Part shown: positions 10,187 through 20,007 of the stretch, one piece after another
Layout of the letters: each line of letters begins with the position of its first letter
Numbering within the stretch: position 1 is the stretch's first letter
NCBI GenBank assembly: GCA_963726255.1
Contig: CAVSBL010000002.1
Coordinates: 1,568,001 to 1,632,000 of the forward strand
Reading direction: 5' to 3'
Length of the DNA: 64,000 nucleotides
Source of the DNA: Candidatus Bathyarchaeota archaeon
Lineage (GTDB): Archaea > Thermoproteota > Bathyarchaeia > 40CM-2-53-6
Notes under the pieces: generated by a model
Seen by the model: the letters and a program-made list of their open reading frames with translations, nothing else
Told to the model about the DNA's origin: nothing
Databases searched by the model: none
Program-made: the position numbers and the translations under genes

Positions 10187-10471
10187 ATGGAAGTCAAAGT
10201 TCTGTCAAAGGGAAAGAACGAGCTGAGGCTCGAAATAGTTGGGGAGGACCATACCTTTTGCAACCTACTCCAGAACGTACTACTTGAGGATAAGAATGTG
10301 GAGATTGCGGGTTACGACCAGCCGCACCCCCTAATCAGATCAAGCATTGTTTATCTTAGAACAAAGCGAGAAGCTTCGCCGGAAAAAGCCCTTCTGAATG
10401 CTCTAGCTGGTATTCAGGAACTTAACAAGGAGTTCAATGAAAAATTCGCTAAGGCCGTCGGGCCCTCCTGA
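10187..10471 (+). CDS. rpoL: RNA polymerase subunit Rpo11 (L)
   Basis: GEDHTFCNLL and Y..PHPL. Confidence 0.95.
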   Translation: MEVKVLSKGKNELRLEIVGEDHTFCNLLQNVLLEDKNVEIAGYDQPHPLIRSSIVYLRTKREASPEKALLNALAGIQELNKEFNEKFAKAVGPS

Positions 10472-10839
10472 TGAGTAACGAAGAAACACGTCGCAAGGTC
10501 ATGGGCGATAAGGAACTAGCCAGCCTTGGAGACGCCTTCGTTAACTTCGTGTATTCACTAGCCTTGACTAACAACAGCGGAAAACCTCAAGGTGTCAAGG
10601 TCAGCGACAGAATTCTCGCAGAGGCTTTCAGGCGCTCGGATCTACGGAAATACCTTGGAACTCGGGTTTCAAGGAAGGACCTCGCAAATGCTTCAGAGTC
10701 TCTTTTGGTTGAGGCATACCAGAGAAAACTCATCACAATCGAGGAGAGCGTGAAGATCCTCAGCGAGAACCCGGAGGGATTGGAGGCCGGACTCTCGGAA
10801 CTGATGAAACTCGCTGCGGACCGCATAGCCCCCAGCTAG
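10471..10839 (+). CDS. Archaeal single-domain RNase III-like protein
   Basis: LASLGDAFVNFVYSLAL signature; conserved position after rpoL. Confidence 0.8.
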   Translation: MSNEETRRKVMGDKELASLGDAFVNFVYSLALTNNSGKPQGVKVSDRILAEAFRRSDLRKYLGTRVSRKDLANASESLLVEAYQRKLITIEESVKILSENPEGLEAGLSELMKLAADRIAPS

Positions 10840-10853
10840 ATGGTGAATCCCAT

Positions 10854-11384
10854 TTGCTGAAGAAGGAAGCCAGGATCTTAGGCGTAAGCACCACAGCCCA
10901 TAGAAATGGTACGGCCTTAGTCGTCGGCGCCGTTTTCAGAGGTCGTTCCTGGCTAGACGGCGTTCTGACATGTTGGATAGAGTCGGAGACTGCTCGCCCG
11001 CTTTCGAAAATCTCGAGAACGATAATGAGTTCGAGACAGTATTCGCAACTTCATGCTGTGATCCTTGCGAAGGAACAAATCGTCTCCGACCTCGAGATCA
11101 ACATCACAGAGCTGGCGCGCAGAGTCAAATTACCAGTCATATCAATTATCAAGAAACGCGCTGCGACGAAGGGAAGTAAGAAGCCGTTCAGAACAAATCA
11201 TTATGAACTCGAGGTCAACGGCAAACGTCTTCAGGTCCTGACTAAAGGAATAAGCCGCGAGAAGACCCAAGAATTATTCGCTCTCACTTCCACGCCAAAA
11301 TCCTCTATTCCCGAAGCCGCGAGGGTTGCAGATTTGATAGCAGAGCAAGTAACGCTTAAATGGAACTCTCTGGGATTGCCGTAG
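10854..11384 (+). CDS. DUF99 (endonuclease V-like) family protein, divergent
   Basis: VGAVFRG..WLDGV, LPVI, IPEAARVA.LIA; usual neighbour of tfs. Confidence 0.75.
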   Translation: MLKKEARILGVSTTAHRNGTALVVGAVFRGRSWLDGVLTCWIESETARPLSKISRTIMSSRQYSQLHAVILAKEQIVSDLEINITELARRVKLPVISIIKKRAATKGSKKPFRTNHYELEVNGKRLQVLTKGISREKTQELFALTSTPKSSIPEAARVADLIAEQVTLKWNSLGLP

Positions 11385-11400
11385 CCGGTCGTTATCAAAG

Positions 11401-11724
11401 GTGCAGTTCTGCCCAAAGTGCGGTTTAGCGCTCCTGCCTACAAAGAAACAGAAATCAATCGTCTTAAGCTGCCCAAAATGCGGCTATGAGACAAAGCGCT
11501 CAGACCGAACGGTGCAAAAACTGGAACAACAGAAAGAGAACGTTGTCGTCATCGGCAAAGAAGAGCAAAAGATACGCACACTGCCGAAAACCAAAGTCGA
11601 CTGCCCTAAGTGCGGACACAAGGAAGCGTTCTATTGGCTTGTACAAACACGGGGAGCAGATGAATCCTCAACGCAGTTCTTCCGTTGCACAAGTTGCGGG
11701 AGAACTTGGCGTGAAAATTCCTAG
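11401..11724 (+). CDS. tfs: Transcription factor S (TFS)
   Basis: Two Zn ribbons; QTRGADE..T.FF.C..CG..W with catalytic DE. Confidence 0.95.
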   Translation: MQFCPKCGLALLPTKKQKSIVLSCPKCGYETKRSDRTVQKLEQQKENVVVIGKEEQKIRTLPKTKVDCPKCGHKEAFYWLVQTRGADESSTQFFRCTSCGRTWRENS

Positions 11725-11807
11725 TAGGCATTGTCGCGAGTCACACCGCTCAATTAAAATGCGTAATGCTCCCTCTCTAAGGCACGCCCAATATTCGGTG
11801 ACAGCAA

Positions 11808-12560
11808 ATGTTCAAAGCAACTATCAGTGACGCAAGACTTTGGAAGAACCTTCTAGCCGCGATATCCACGCTCATTGAGGAAGCTGACTTCAACGCCGCC
11901 CCTGAGGGCATCAAGCTGAGGTCCATGGACCCATCTCACGTAGCCATGGTTGACTTCGAATGGAACAAATCCGCATTTGAGGAATACACCTGCCTTCAAC
12001 CGACCAAAATTCGGTTGAACGTGGCCGACATTGTCAAAAAGTTGCGCGGCGCAGGCCAAGAACCCCTTGAAATGTCATACGACGAAAACACACGAAAGCT
12101 GAACATGGTCATCAAGGGTAAATGGAAAACTACATTCACTCTGCCCACGCTTGACCCTGGAGACGAAGAAGTCCCAACACCTAAAATTGCATTTAACACG
12201 AAAATCAAGATGATCAGCTCAAGCTTCAAAGACATTATTGATCAGATCCAGACTGTGAGCGATAACGTAAGGTTCGAGACGACACAAGACAGGTTCACGG
12301 CAGAAGCCGTTACTGAGTTGAGTGGAGCCAAAATAGAGCTTGAGAAAGGAAGCGACGTTTTACTAGAGCTGGAAGTCAAAGAACCATGCAAAGCAACCTT
12401 CAACCTAAACTACTTGGCCGAAATCTCAAGGGCCGGCTCGATGGCCGCGGAACTCGTCACACTCGAATTCTCGTCCAACATGCCCGTCAAACTAGAGTAT
12501 GAAATGCCTCAACAAGGAAGGTTACTATACTTTCTAGCCCCAAGAATTGAGGCGGAGTAG
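11808..12560 (+). CDS. pcn: DNA sliding clamp PCNA
   Basis: SMDPSHVAMVD and YFLAPRIE. Confidence 0.97.
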   Translation: MFKATISDARLWKNLLAAISTLIEEADFNAAPEGIKLRSMDPSHVAMVDFEWNKSAFEEYTCLQPTKIRLNVADIVKKLRGAGQEPLEMSYDENTRKLNMVIKGKWKTTFTLPTLDPGDEEVPTPKIAFNTKIKMISSSFKDIIDQIQTVSDNVRFETTQDRFTAEAVTELSGAKIELEKGSDVLLELEVKEPCKATFNLNYLAEISRAGSMAAELVTLEFSSNMPVKLEYEMPQQGRLLYFLAPRIEAE

Positions 12561-12624
12561 AACTATTAACGCCAAAACGGCATAACCGTTATTGCTTCTT
12601 TCCAGCGAATTAGAGGCACTTAGT

Positions 12625-13701
12625 ATGCAGACGCTTCTAACCAAGTTGGACTTGGCGAAATTTCCTTTCACAGCCGAAGCGTCGAGCTACATAAAGTCAC
12701 GAGGCATAGATCCTCTTGACCTTGTGAGACCTGAACTAGTTCCAATACTCGAACGCGCTATGGAGCGGATTAGGCAAGGTGTTTTCAGCGGTAAATTATC
12801 CGCCGACCTGACGCAGGAGGATGTTGACATACTCGCCTACCCCACGGCGCTGATGTTGATAAGCGCCATGAGGGACGACAGGACCCGACGCCGGTATGCT
12901 CTTGCCGAAGCAAAGCGAGCCTATGAACTTCTGAGGGAGGAAACCCCAGAAAAACTGCTTCAGATTGCGACCGGCACGTTCGGTTGGGACGCGAAACTCG
13001 TAGAGCGGGACGTCGGAGACAGTCATTTTGAGTTTGCTCTCTACTTCACATTTTACGTGAGCAACTCATCCAGAATACACGACCTCAGGTGGAAATTGGT
13101 CAACAGAGTTCTCGAGGGAGGTTATGTTCTACTTCCCCGCGAAGATTTCGCAAGACTGCTGGAAGAAGAAGTTCAATCTAGAGTGCTAGAGAAAACTGCA
13201 GACCCAACCGTAGCGCTGCCCGCGGAACTGGATAAACGCGTTGAACCATTGCGATCCATGCTGAAGGCCCGGTCCCAGTACTTGGCAGCTGATGAAATGC
13301 CTCGAGCTGTGATGGCTTCCGCGATGCCACCGTGCATGAAGAGTTTGCTCAGCCTCCTGCAAACAAGCAAACACATATCCCACATGGGAAGGTTCGCAAT
13401 GGCTGCTTTCCTACTGAACATCGGCACGAACGAAGAGGACCTACTCAAAATGTTCAAGACTTTCACCGATTTCGATGAGAGAATCGCGCGCTATCAAGTG
13501 GAACACATTGCAGGGAAGCGCGGCTCAAGAAGAAAATACACAGCACCGAACTGTAGTACCATGCGAACGCACGGTCTATGTATAAACCCGGACGAATTAT
13601 GCGGTACAATAAAGCACCCATTATCGTACTACAGACGAAAAGCGAGAATCTTGTTCAGACAGGAAAAGGGAAGGCCCTCCCAAAGACAGGCACACAAATA
13701 G
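12625..13701 (+). CDS. priL: DNA primase large subunit PriL
   Basis: KFPF, PPCM, H.GRF, YQVEHIAG, Y..PNC......C....C....HPL.YY (Fe-S domain). Confidence 0.95.
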   Translation: MQTLLTKLDLAKFPFTAEASSYIKSRGIDPLDLVRPELVPILERAMERIRQGVFSGKLSADLTQEDVDILAYPTALMLISAMRDDRTRRRYALAEAKRAYELLREETPEKLLQIATGTFGWDAKLVERDVGDSHFEFALYFTFYVSNSSRIHDLRWKLVNRVLEGGYVLLPREDFARLLEEEVQSRVLEKTADPTVALPAELDKRVEPLRSMLKARSQYLAADEMPRAVMASAMPPCMKSLLSLLQTSKHISHMGRFAMAAFLLNIGTNEEDLLKMFKTFTDFDERIARYQVEHIAGKRGSRRKYTAPNCSTMRTHGLCINPDELCGTIKHPLSYYRRKARILFRQEKGRPSQRQAHK

Positions 13702-13715
13702 ATAGGGACTCACGC

Positions 13716-16088
13716 GTGAAGATTAGAAACAAGGTTCTCTGCACAGTCGCAATCATACTGATCGCGGCTACGTTTGTACCCCCTGCATCGCCTGCTCATG
13801 CCCTCATCGTAATTCGAGGACTGCAGAATCCAACCCGCCAAATCTCAATTTTCGTTGAAGGTGGTCGCGATTTCGACCCCGGTGACGTTCAATTGCTAGG
13901 CAATTATGGCGCAGTGACCACAGTAGCAGGACCCATTGCTGTCCTTCACACAATGCCAGCTGAGCTACCCGAAATTGCAAGCCTGCCCTTTGTCACACGT
14001 ATTGAGAATTCCCATTCCCTCAGCGTTGACCTGGAAAGTGGCGTACCAGACACTGGAGCGCCGCAGGTGTGGAACGAGGTGAAAGATCAGGAAGGCCGCA
14101 ACGTAACTGGTGCAGGCGTAATTGTCGGCTTTGTTGACACAGGCATTGACACTTCGCATCCAGATTTCACCTTCCCTAACGGAACCACGAAAATTATATT
14201 CGTCTGGGACCAGTCAACCTCTGGCCGCCCACCAACTGGCTTCAACTATGGCTACGAGTGCACATCGGCTGATATCCAAGCGGGCAGTTGCCCTGAAACC
14301 GATACATTTGGCCACGGAACACACGTAGCTGGAATAGCTGCAGGCTCCGGCATGGCGACCGGAAACTTTACCGGAGTAGCTCCCGCCGCGAGCATTATTT
14401 TCGTAAAGAGCGGGTATAGCGTTTGCAATGGCTCAAGTTGGAACTTCGGCACGGCGCAGATCCTAGACGGAATAAACTACATAGTGAGAAAGGCCAAGCA
14501 GCTTGGGATGCGTTCGGTCATAAGCCTGAGTTTGGGCGGCAACATTGGCGCTCATGATGGGACCGACCCGTTCGAGCTCGGCCTCGACACCTTCGTGAAA
14601 TCGGGAACGCCGGTTGTTGTTGCTGCAGGCAATTCAGCACGAGATAACGCCCACATACGGGGGCAATTGACCCAGGGAAACAACGTAACGTTCCAGTTAC
14701 AGGTTCAGGAAACGACAGTGGACCTTCAGATAGATGTGTGGTATTCGCCACAGGATCAAATAAACGCCACTCTAACAACCCCAGATGGACAAACATACCC
14801 CGTCCCGACAGCATTAGGAGGCGTATTGGGCAATTCGGGGAACGTAACAACCACTACTAGTTCCTCGATTACCGGTAAAGAACTGTACCTTGAAGTCAAC
14901 TCAACCAGCAACCTTCGAACTACGGGCTGGAGCGTCACGCTCAAGGCGAATCAAATCCACTCCCTAGGCCTTTGGGATGCATGGACTGACGCGGTAACTT
15001 GCTCATATCCGGGAGCGTTCTTTGTCCCAGGAGATGGATACGCTATCGACCCGCACGATACGGTGGACATACCCGGTACGGCGAAAAATGTCGTAACTGT
15101 CGGTGCCTACATTACAAACGCGTCATGGGTGGGAATGGATGGCCAGACCTATGGGCGCAAAGACATACTGCCCGGTGGAATGGCATCGTTCAGCTCGCTT
15201 GGGCCCACCAGGGACGGAAGAATTAAGCCGGACGTGGTAGCACCCGGCGCGCTCATCGCATCCGCGAGAGCAAGCGCGATACCTAGACAAAACAGTGACC
15301 CGGACCCGTTCCACAGAATCCTAGCCGGAACGAGCATGGCAACACCACACGTAGCCGGAACCATTGCCCTAATGCTACAGTTCGAACCAAACCTACAAGC
15401 CACGGATGTCCCACGAATATTGGAACATACGGCCCGACTTGACGCACACACCGGAGTGCTTGCGATCGGGTCCCCAACCTGGGGCTTCGGAAAGGTAGAT
15501 GCTCGCACTGCAACCGGCTTGTTTCGATTCACCCTGATAACTGGCGAGATTCCAAACTCTGTCGCAGTTCCGCTTCACGTAGATGGTACCCTAAACGTAG
15601 AAACCTCAGGCGGTTCTTGGGTTGATCTATATTTCCCGAAGGGAACCACACACCTGATCTCCTCCGATCCGCAAATTCAAGGTGGGCCTGGGACTCGGTA
15701 CGAACTAACGAATGCAGTTTTTCGGGTCTCAGCGAATTCCCTAGAGACGCTAAATTACTCGGTTCAGTACTTACTCATAGTGAATTCGCGTTATGGCCCT
15801 ACGTTAGGGGGAGGATGGTACAATGAAAACGCAACAGCGAAAATTGCTGCCCCAGAACTTGTACGCGCTGACGGGCTGTTGGGCTACTTAGGCATGGAAT
15901 ATGCCTTGGCCTACTGGGCAGAACCTGAGGGAGAAATTACCTCTAACTCCGTGGTCGTGACTGCGCCAACAACCGTGACGGCCGTTTACGTACCCATGTT
16001 TCCATTAGAAACGTTTGTAGCGATAATTGTGTTCCTGGCAGCGATTGCTGTCACTGCGGTTATTATCGCTAGGAAATGGATGAGTTAG
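13716..16088 (+). CDS. Membrane-anchored S8 subtilisin-like protease with inserted beta domain
   Basis: Signal peptide; DTG, HGTHVAG, AAGN and GTSMATPHVAG catalytic motifs; C-terminal TM + RK; GTG 13716 chosen because it follows the priL stop. Confidence 0.92.
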   Translation: MKIRNKVLCTVAIILIAATFVPPASPAHALIVIRGLQNPTRQISIFVEGGRDFDPGDVQLLGNYGAVTTVAGPIAVLHTMPAELPEIASLPFVTRIENSHSLSVDLESGVPDTGAPQVWNEVKDQEGRNVTGAGVIVGFVDTGIDTSHPDFTFPNGTTKIIFVWDQSTSGRPPTGFNYGYECTSADIQAGSCPETDTFGHGTHVAGIAAGSGMATGNFTGVAPAASIIFVKSGYSVCNGSSWNFGTAQILDGINYIVRKAKQLGMRSVISLSLGGNIGAHDGTDPFELGLDTFVKSGTPVVVAAGNSARDNAHIRGQLTQGNNVTFQLQVQETTVDLQIDVWYSPQDQINATLTTPDGQTYPVPTALGGVLGNSGNVTTTTSSSITGKELYLEVNSTSNLRTTGWSVTLKANQIHSLGLWDAWTDAVTCSYPGAFFVPGDGYAIDPHDTVDIPGTAKNVVTVGAYITNASWVGMDGQTYGRKDILPGGMASFSSLGPTRDGRIKPDVVAPGALIASARASAIPRQNSDPDPFHRILAGTSMATPHVAGTIALMLQFEPNLQATDVPRILEHTARLDAHTGVLAIGSPTWGFGKVDARTATGLFRFTLITGEIPNSVAVPLHVDGTLNVETSGGSWVDLYFPKGTTHLISSDPQIQGGPGTRYELTNAVFRVSANSLETLNYSVQYLLIVNSRYGPTLGGGWYNENATAKIAAPELVRADGLLGYLGMEYALAYWAEPEGEITSNSVVVTAPTTVTAVYVPMFPLETFVAIIVFLAAIAVTAVIIARKWMS

Positions 16089-16098
16089 CCTGCCGGCT

Positions 16099-16413
16099 TT
16101 ATTTTCTTCTGAGCAACACGTCAGTGCGCTCGACGCGAACATCAAATGGCACTTCGTCCTTCACAGGGGGAGGTCCGACGACCTTTCCTGTGGTGGCATC
16201 AAACTGGCCTCCATGCCATGGGCAGGTGACCGTACTCCCTTCAAGCTCCCCCTCATCAAGCGGTCCACCCCTATGCGTGCAGGCATTTGTCATTGCATAG
16301 AGCTTGCCGCCAACATTCGCCATAAGGACATCCTCACCTCCAAAAACAACCTTCTTCAACGAACCAGTTGGGAAATCGTCCACTCGGCCTACCTTCACGT
16401 ACCCTTCGCTCAT
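16099..16413 (-). CDS. Rieske-type [2Fe-2S] ferredoxin
   Basis: CTH...L..G......CPWH Rieske motif. Confidence 0.92.
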   Translation of the reverse strand: MSEGYVKVGRVDDFPTGSLKKVVFGGEDVLMANVGGKLYAMTNACTHRGGPLDEGELEGSTVTCPWHGGQFDATTGKVVGPPPVKDEVPFDVRVERTDVLLRRK

Positions 16414-16532
16414 TTCGTTTCAACTACACGACGCTATGTTCAACTAGCTTTATGAATTGAACGCGCGCAAACCTATATTCGCGCGTCCCATTCCCAAGTT
16501 AAAAGCGCCGAATATTCGATTTCGATATAGAA

Positions 16533-17815
16533 ATGGGGAAAAGCAGTCTGCCACCCGAAACCCAAACTCAACGTTTCGAATTCTTAAAACGGAAATTTCA
16601 GGAGTATTACAAATCCGCCAGATCTTCCCTCAAACCGCCACCGGAGATGGCTGAACGCGAATTCGGGTTCCTGCTTTTCCCGCAAAGAATAATGTTGCGA
16701 CACAAGGCCTTTCACGACTTTGGTACCTTCACTGATTCGCTCATATCACTGGCTCCTTCAGATGTTTACTATTCCACGGCGTACTACGCACACCCCGACC
16801 TCGAGATGGACCAAAAGGGTTGGAAGGGCTCGGATGTTGTCTTCGATGTTGACGCAGATCACATAGACACCCCATGCAAAGAAACACATGACATGTGGGT
16901 ATGCAGCAAGTGCAAGGAGACGCGGAGAGGAAAGAAGCCAACAAAATGTCCCAAGTGTGGCGCGGAGAAAATAGATGAAAAACCTTGGCTTTGCGTCCGA
17001 TGCCTGATCGCAGCAAAAGAGGAAGTCCTAAAACTAATCGAATTCCTCTCAGAAGACTTCGGAATAAAATCTAATCAGATGCACTTGTTCTTCTCCGGTC
17101 ACAGAGGATATCACCTTCACATCATCTCCGACAATTTGAAAATACTGGACGACATGCAAAGGAAGGAGATAGTTGACTACGTCCTAGCCTTGGGACTGGA
17201 TCCGGCCGAGCAAGGCCTGTATCAAGACCTCTTAGAGAATAGGCATCCAATTGTCATTGGGCCAGACCTGACTGACCCAGGGTGGCGCGGCAGGCTTGCC
17301 CGTGGAGTATATCAAATCCTAACGGAATGGGATAAACAACGGTTGGTTGAGCTCGGATTCACTGCGGTGCTGCCAATCAAATTCTGAACGACCGTGACGC
17401 AATTAAGAAAGAGTGGTCGAAAAAAATGCTTTGGAGCTCCTTTCAAGACAAGTGGCACATAAATGAGAAAGTCTGGAGGAACATCGTTGAGAAAGCGATG
17501 AGCCTCGTCGCCCTACCAGCCCAAATCGATACAGTTGTGACCACAGACATACACAGATTGATCCGTATGCCAGAAACCCTCAACGGCAAGACAGGGTTCA
17601 AGGCTTCCGAAGTTGAGATCGGGCGCCTCGAAGAATTCGATCCATTCTATGAACCTGTAGTCTTCGAAGGAGTCCAGAACGTTCAGGTCACAGAAGCACC
17701 TGAACTCAGATTACGCGACCAGAACTATGGGCCATTCGCCGACGAGAAAGTTGAGTTACCTCTCGCAGCAGCAATCTTACTCATAGCTAAGGGCGTTGCA
17801 TCCCCGGTGAACTAA
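16533..17815 (+). CDS. priS: DNA primase small subunit PriS (single-base frameshift near 17365, probably an assembly error)
   Basis: REFG, DVDAD and FSGHRGYH in ORF 16533-17387; IDTVVTTDIHRLIR.P.TLNGK in the -1 frame; one extra base near 17365 joins them. Confidence 0.9.
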
Positions 17816-17817
17816 TC

Positions 17818-18405
17818 GTGTACAACGACCTCTACAAGGCTTGGAAGGCAGAAAAGACATCCGAGAAACCACAGCCACTTCCCAGCGACTTCTATCGAAG
17901 GGCCGCTGGCTACCTAAAGGGACTGGAAGACGATTCAGCTGCAGGTGATACACGCACAATCCAAGGCCGCCTACTTGTTGACGAGAAAGAAATCGCGCGA
18001 CGCCTCCTTGAAGAAATCAAGCAAACGAGGCTGCAAAAAATTGTGAACTCAGCGCGAGAGGGCAGCGTAATCAACGCGGATGGCTTAACGGAAGAAGAGA
18101 GAGAGCTCGTGGGACGGTTCAATGAATCCATTTCAACTTACAAGGAACATGAAGCGGCAAAACCGGCAGTTGGTTCGCCTAGCGGCCCGATGGAGCTATC
18201 GGTCGTAAGGTTTCTAGATAACGTTCCCGAAATTGTCGGAGTTGATTTGAAAATATACGGCCCGTATAAGAAAGAAGACGTCGGTTCTCTTCCAAACCAA
18301 AACGCCCGGGCACTAATCAAGCAAGGCCTAGCGAAGGAAATTGATGTCAAACGCGTTCCTAATCTTCGCCCAGAAAAGTTGGCCGAACAACTCCATCAAC
18401 AATAA
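17818..18405 (+). CDS. GINS51/Gins15 replication factor
   Basis: QPLP.DFY A-domain, R..KI, LT.EE, C-terminal B-domain PEIVGVD.KIYGP...EDV..LP..NA..L; follows priS. Confidence 0.88.
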   Translation: MYNDLYKAWKAEKTSEKPQPLPSDFYRRAAGYLKGLEDDSAAGDTRTIQGRLLVDEKEIARRLLEEIKQTRLQKIVNSAREGSVINADGLTEEERELVGRFNESISTYKEHEAAKPAVGSPSGPMELSVVRFLDNVPEIVGVDLKIYGPYKKEDVGSLPNQNARALIKQGLAKEIDVKRVPNLRPEKLAEQLHQQ

Positions 18406-18447
18406 ATAGAGCACGCAAGGCTACGTAGCGAAGTCAGGCTGATCAGT

Positions 18448-18723
18448 ATGAAAGCCCCAAAACAGATTCGAACCTACTGTCCGAAATGCAAATCACATAC
18501 TGATCATCAGGTATCAATCTACAAGAAGAGTAAAGAACGTGCGATGTCTGACGGGGCACGGCGGCAAGCACGAAGGAAACATGGCTATGGCGGACAGAAG
18601 TTCCCGGAGCTGAAGCGCACCGCAAAGACAACCAAGAAGCAGCTTCTCAGGCTCAGTTGCAGAACCTGCAACTCCGAGGTTTACCGATTCGGAATTAGGC
18701 TTCGAAAACTCGAAATCACCTAA
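18448..18723 (+). CDS. rpl44e: 50S ribosomal protein L44e
   Basis: TYCPKC..HT.H, GYGGQKFP, KTTKK. Confidence 0.97.
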   Translation: MKAPKQIRTYCPKCKSHTDHQVSIYKKSKERAMSDGARRQARRKHGYGGQKFPELKRTAKTTKKQLLRLSCRTCNSEVYRFGIRLRKLEIT

Positions 18724-18842
18724 AGGACCAGCCGCCAGGTCAGTGCAAGACTAGGTTCTGGCGCCGAAGGCGAGGCCATAACACTTATGTTACCTGCTTT
18801 CTTTTCCCTCGTCCTTCACAAGAGCCTAGAGTGAGAGCGAGT

Positions 18843-19037
18843 ATGGTCAAGGGAGAACTAATTCCGAAGCCGGAAAGCAACTTCGTCAGAATCAAATGTG
18901 CCAAATGCGGAAACGAGCAAGTAATATTCGATAGGCCTTCAATCCCCCCGCGATGTTCAGTTTGCGAAGAGGTCTTGGCTGAACCAACTGGTGGAAAAGC
19001 GAAAATCAAATCGGAAGTTGTACAGATCCTCGGATAG
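18843..19037 (+). CDS. rps27e: 30S ribosomal protein S27e
   Basis: P.S.F..IKC..CGNEQ.IF and C..C...LAEPTGGKA. Confidence 0.97.
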   Translation: MVKGELIPKPESNFVRIKCAKCGNEQVIFDRPSIPPRCSVCEEVLAEPTGGKAKIKSEVVQILG

Positions 19038-19046
19038 GGCAATTAA

Positions 19047-19829
19047 ATGTCAGTTACGCCACGATACCCAGAGGTCGGCGACCTAGTAGTAGCAAGTGTA
19101 ACGAGGGTTGTGGATTACGGCGCGTACGTCAAGCTTGACGAGTATGACGGCGTAGAAGGCCTAATTCACATTTCGGAAATCGCAAGCACGTATGTGAAGA
19201 ATATTCGGGTTCATGTTAGGGAAGGACAGAAACTCGTCCTGAAGGTTCTGCGGGTTAGCCCACAACGTGCCCAAGTCGACCTCTCGCTTCGCAGGGTGAC
19301 CGGGCGAGAAAAGTCCGAGAAGATGCTCGAATGGAAGAAAGTCAAAAAGGCTGATTCAATAATCAAAGGCGCCGCCGAGAGGTTGCAGGTCGGCGAAGAA
19401 GACGTGTCCAAAGTCAGGTCGATCATCTACGAAAAATTCGACAACCCCTTCGATGCGTTCGAAGAGGCTACGGATGAAGGCGAGGAAATATTCACTAAAC
19501 TTGGTATAAGCGAAGATTGGGCTAAGGCACTCACAGAGGTGGCCCGGAGCAAGATTAGATTAGAGAAGGCAAAAGTCACTGGAACCGTAGAGCTGACTTG
19601 CGCCAAGACAGAAGGCGTGGAGGCAATTCGTCAAGCTCTGCGTGGGGCGAAGAAGGTTAAGAAATCCCGCGGAACCACCATCAATATCTACACCATCGGA
19701 TCGCCGCGTTACAGGCTTGAGGTTAGGAGCAAGGAGATTACAGACGCCCAGGCGACGCTAAACCTAGCGATTGAAGAGGCGTTGAACGCCATCAAAGGAC
19801 TCGGCGGCGAAGGGCGCAAACTGAGTTGA
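19047..19829 (+). CDS. eif2a: Translation initiation factor aIF2 alpha
   Basis: S1 domain GAYV.LDEY...EGLIHISE, DLSLRRV, G.EAIR.AL, GSPRY. Confidence 0.96.
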   Translation: MSVTPRYPEVGDLVVASVTRVVDYGAYVKLDEYDGVEGLIHISEIASTYVKNIRVHVREGQKLVLKVLRVSPQRAQVDLSLRRVTGREKSEKMLEWKKVKKADSIIKGAAERLQVGEEDVSKVRSIIYEKFDNPFDAFEEATDEGEEIFTKLGISEDWAKALTEVARSKIRLEKAKVTGTVELTCAKTEGVEAIRQALRGAKKVKKSRGTTINIYTIGSPRYRLEVRSKEITDAQATLNLAIEEALNAIKGLGGEGRKLS

Positions 19830-19978
19830 AGTGGCTGCTAAGAAAGTGTGCAAACTGCAAGACTTACACGTTGAAACAAACCTGCCCGAAATGTGGAACC
19901 TCAACCGTTACACCACATCCATCAAAGTTTTCCCCGCATGACAAATATGCCCGGCTACGTCAGCCGGAGAAAAACTGA
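19826..19978 (+). CDS. nop10: H/ACA RNP protein Nop10 (below the ORF-track size cutoff)
   Basis: Manual translation MKWLLRKCANCKTYTLKQTCPKCGTSTVTPHPSKFSPHDKYARLRQPEKN; TTG overlaps the aIF2a stop. Confidence 0.95.
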   Translation: MKWLLRKCANCKTYTLKQTCPKCGTSTVTPHPSKFSPHDKYARLRQPEKN

Positions 19979-20007
19979 ACGCTGAAGTGGCTGCAAGCAA
20001 ACTCTGG

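Noticed and set aside
13578-13715. Long N-terminal extension of the subtilase overlapping priL
   Set aside because: The signal peptide begins after GTG 13716; the upstream part is just the longest-ORF start call.
16533-17815. Programmed -1 frameshifting or a naturally split priS (likewise aglB and the ABC genes)
   Set aside because: No slippery heptamer or stimulatory structure at the junctions. The same type of single-base loss in several unrelated genes points to a consensus error.
18724-18830. Structured intergenic RNA between L44e and S27e
   Set aside because: Only 4-5 bp stems; no tRNA, C/D or H/ACA features.
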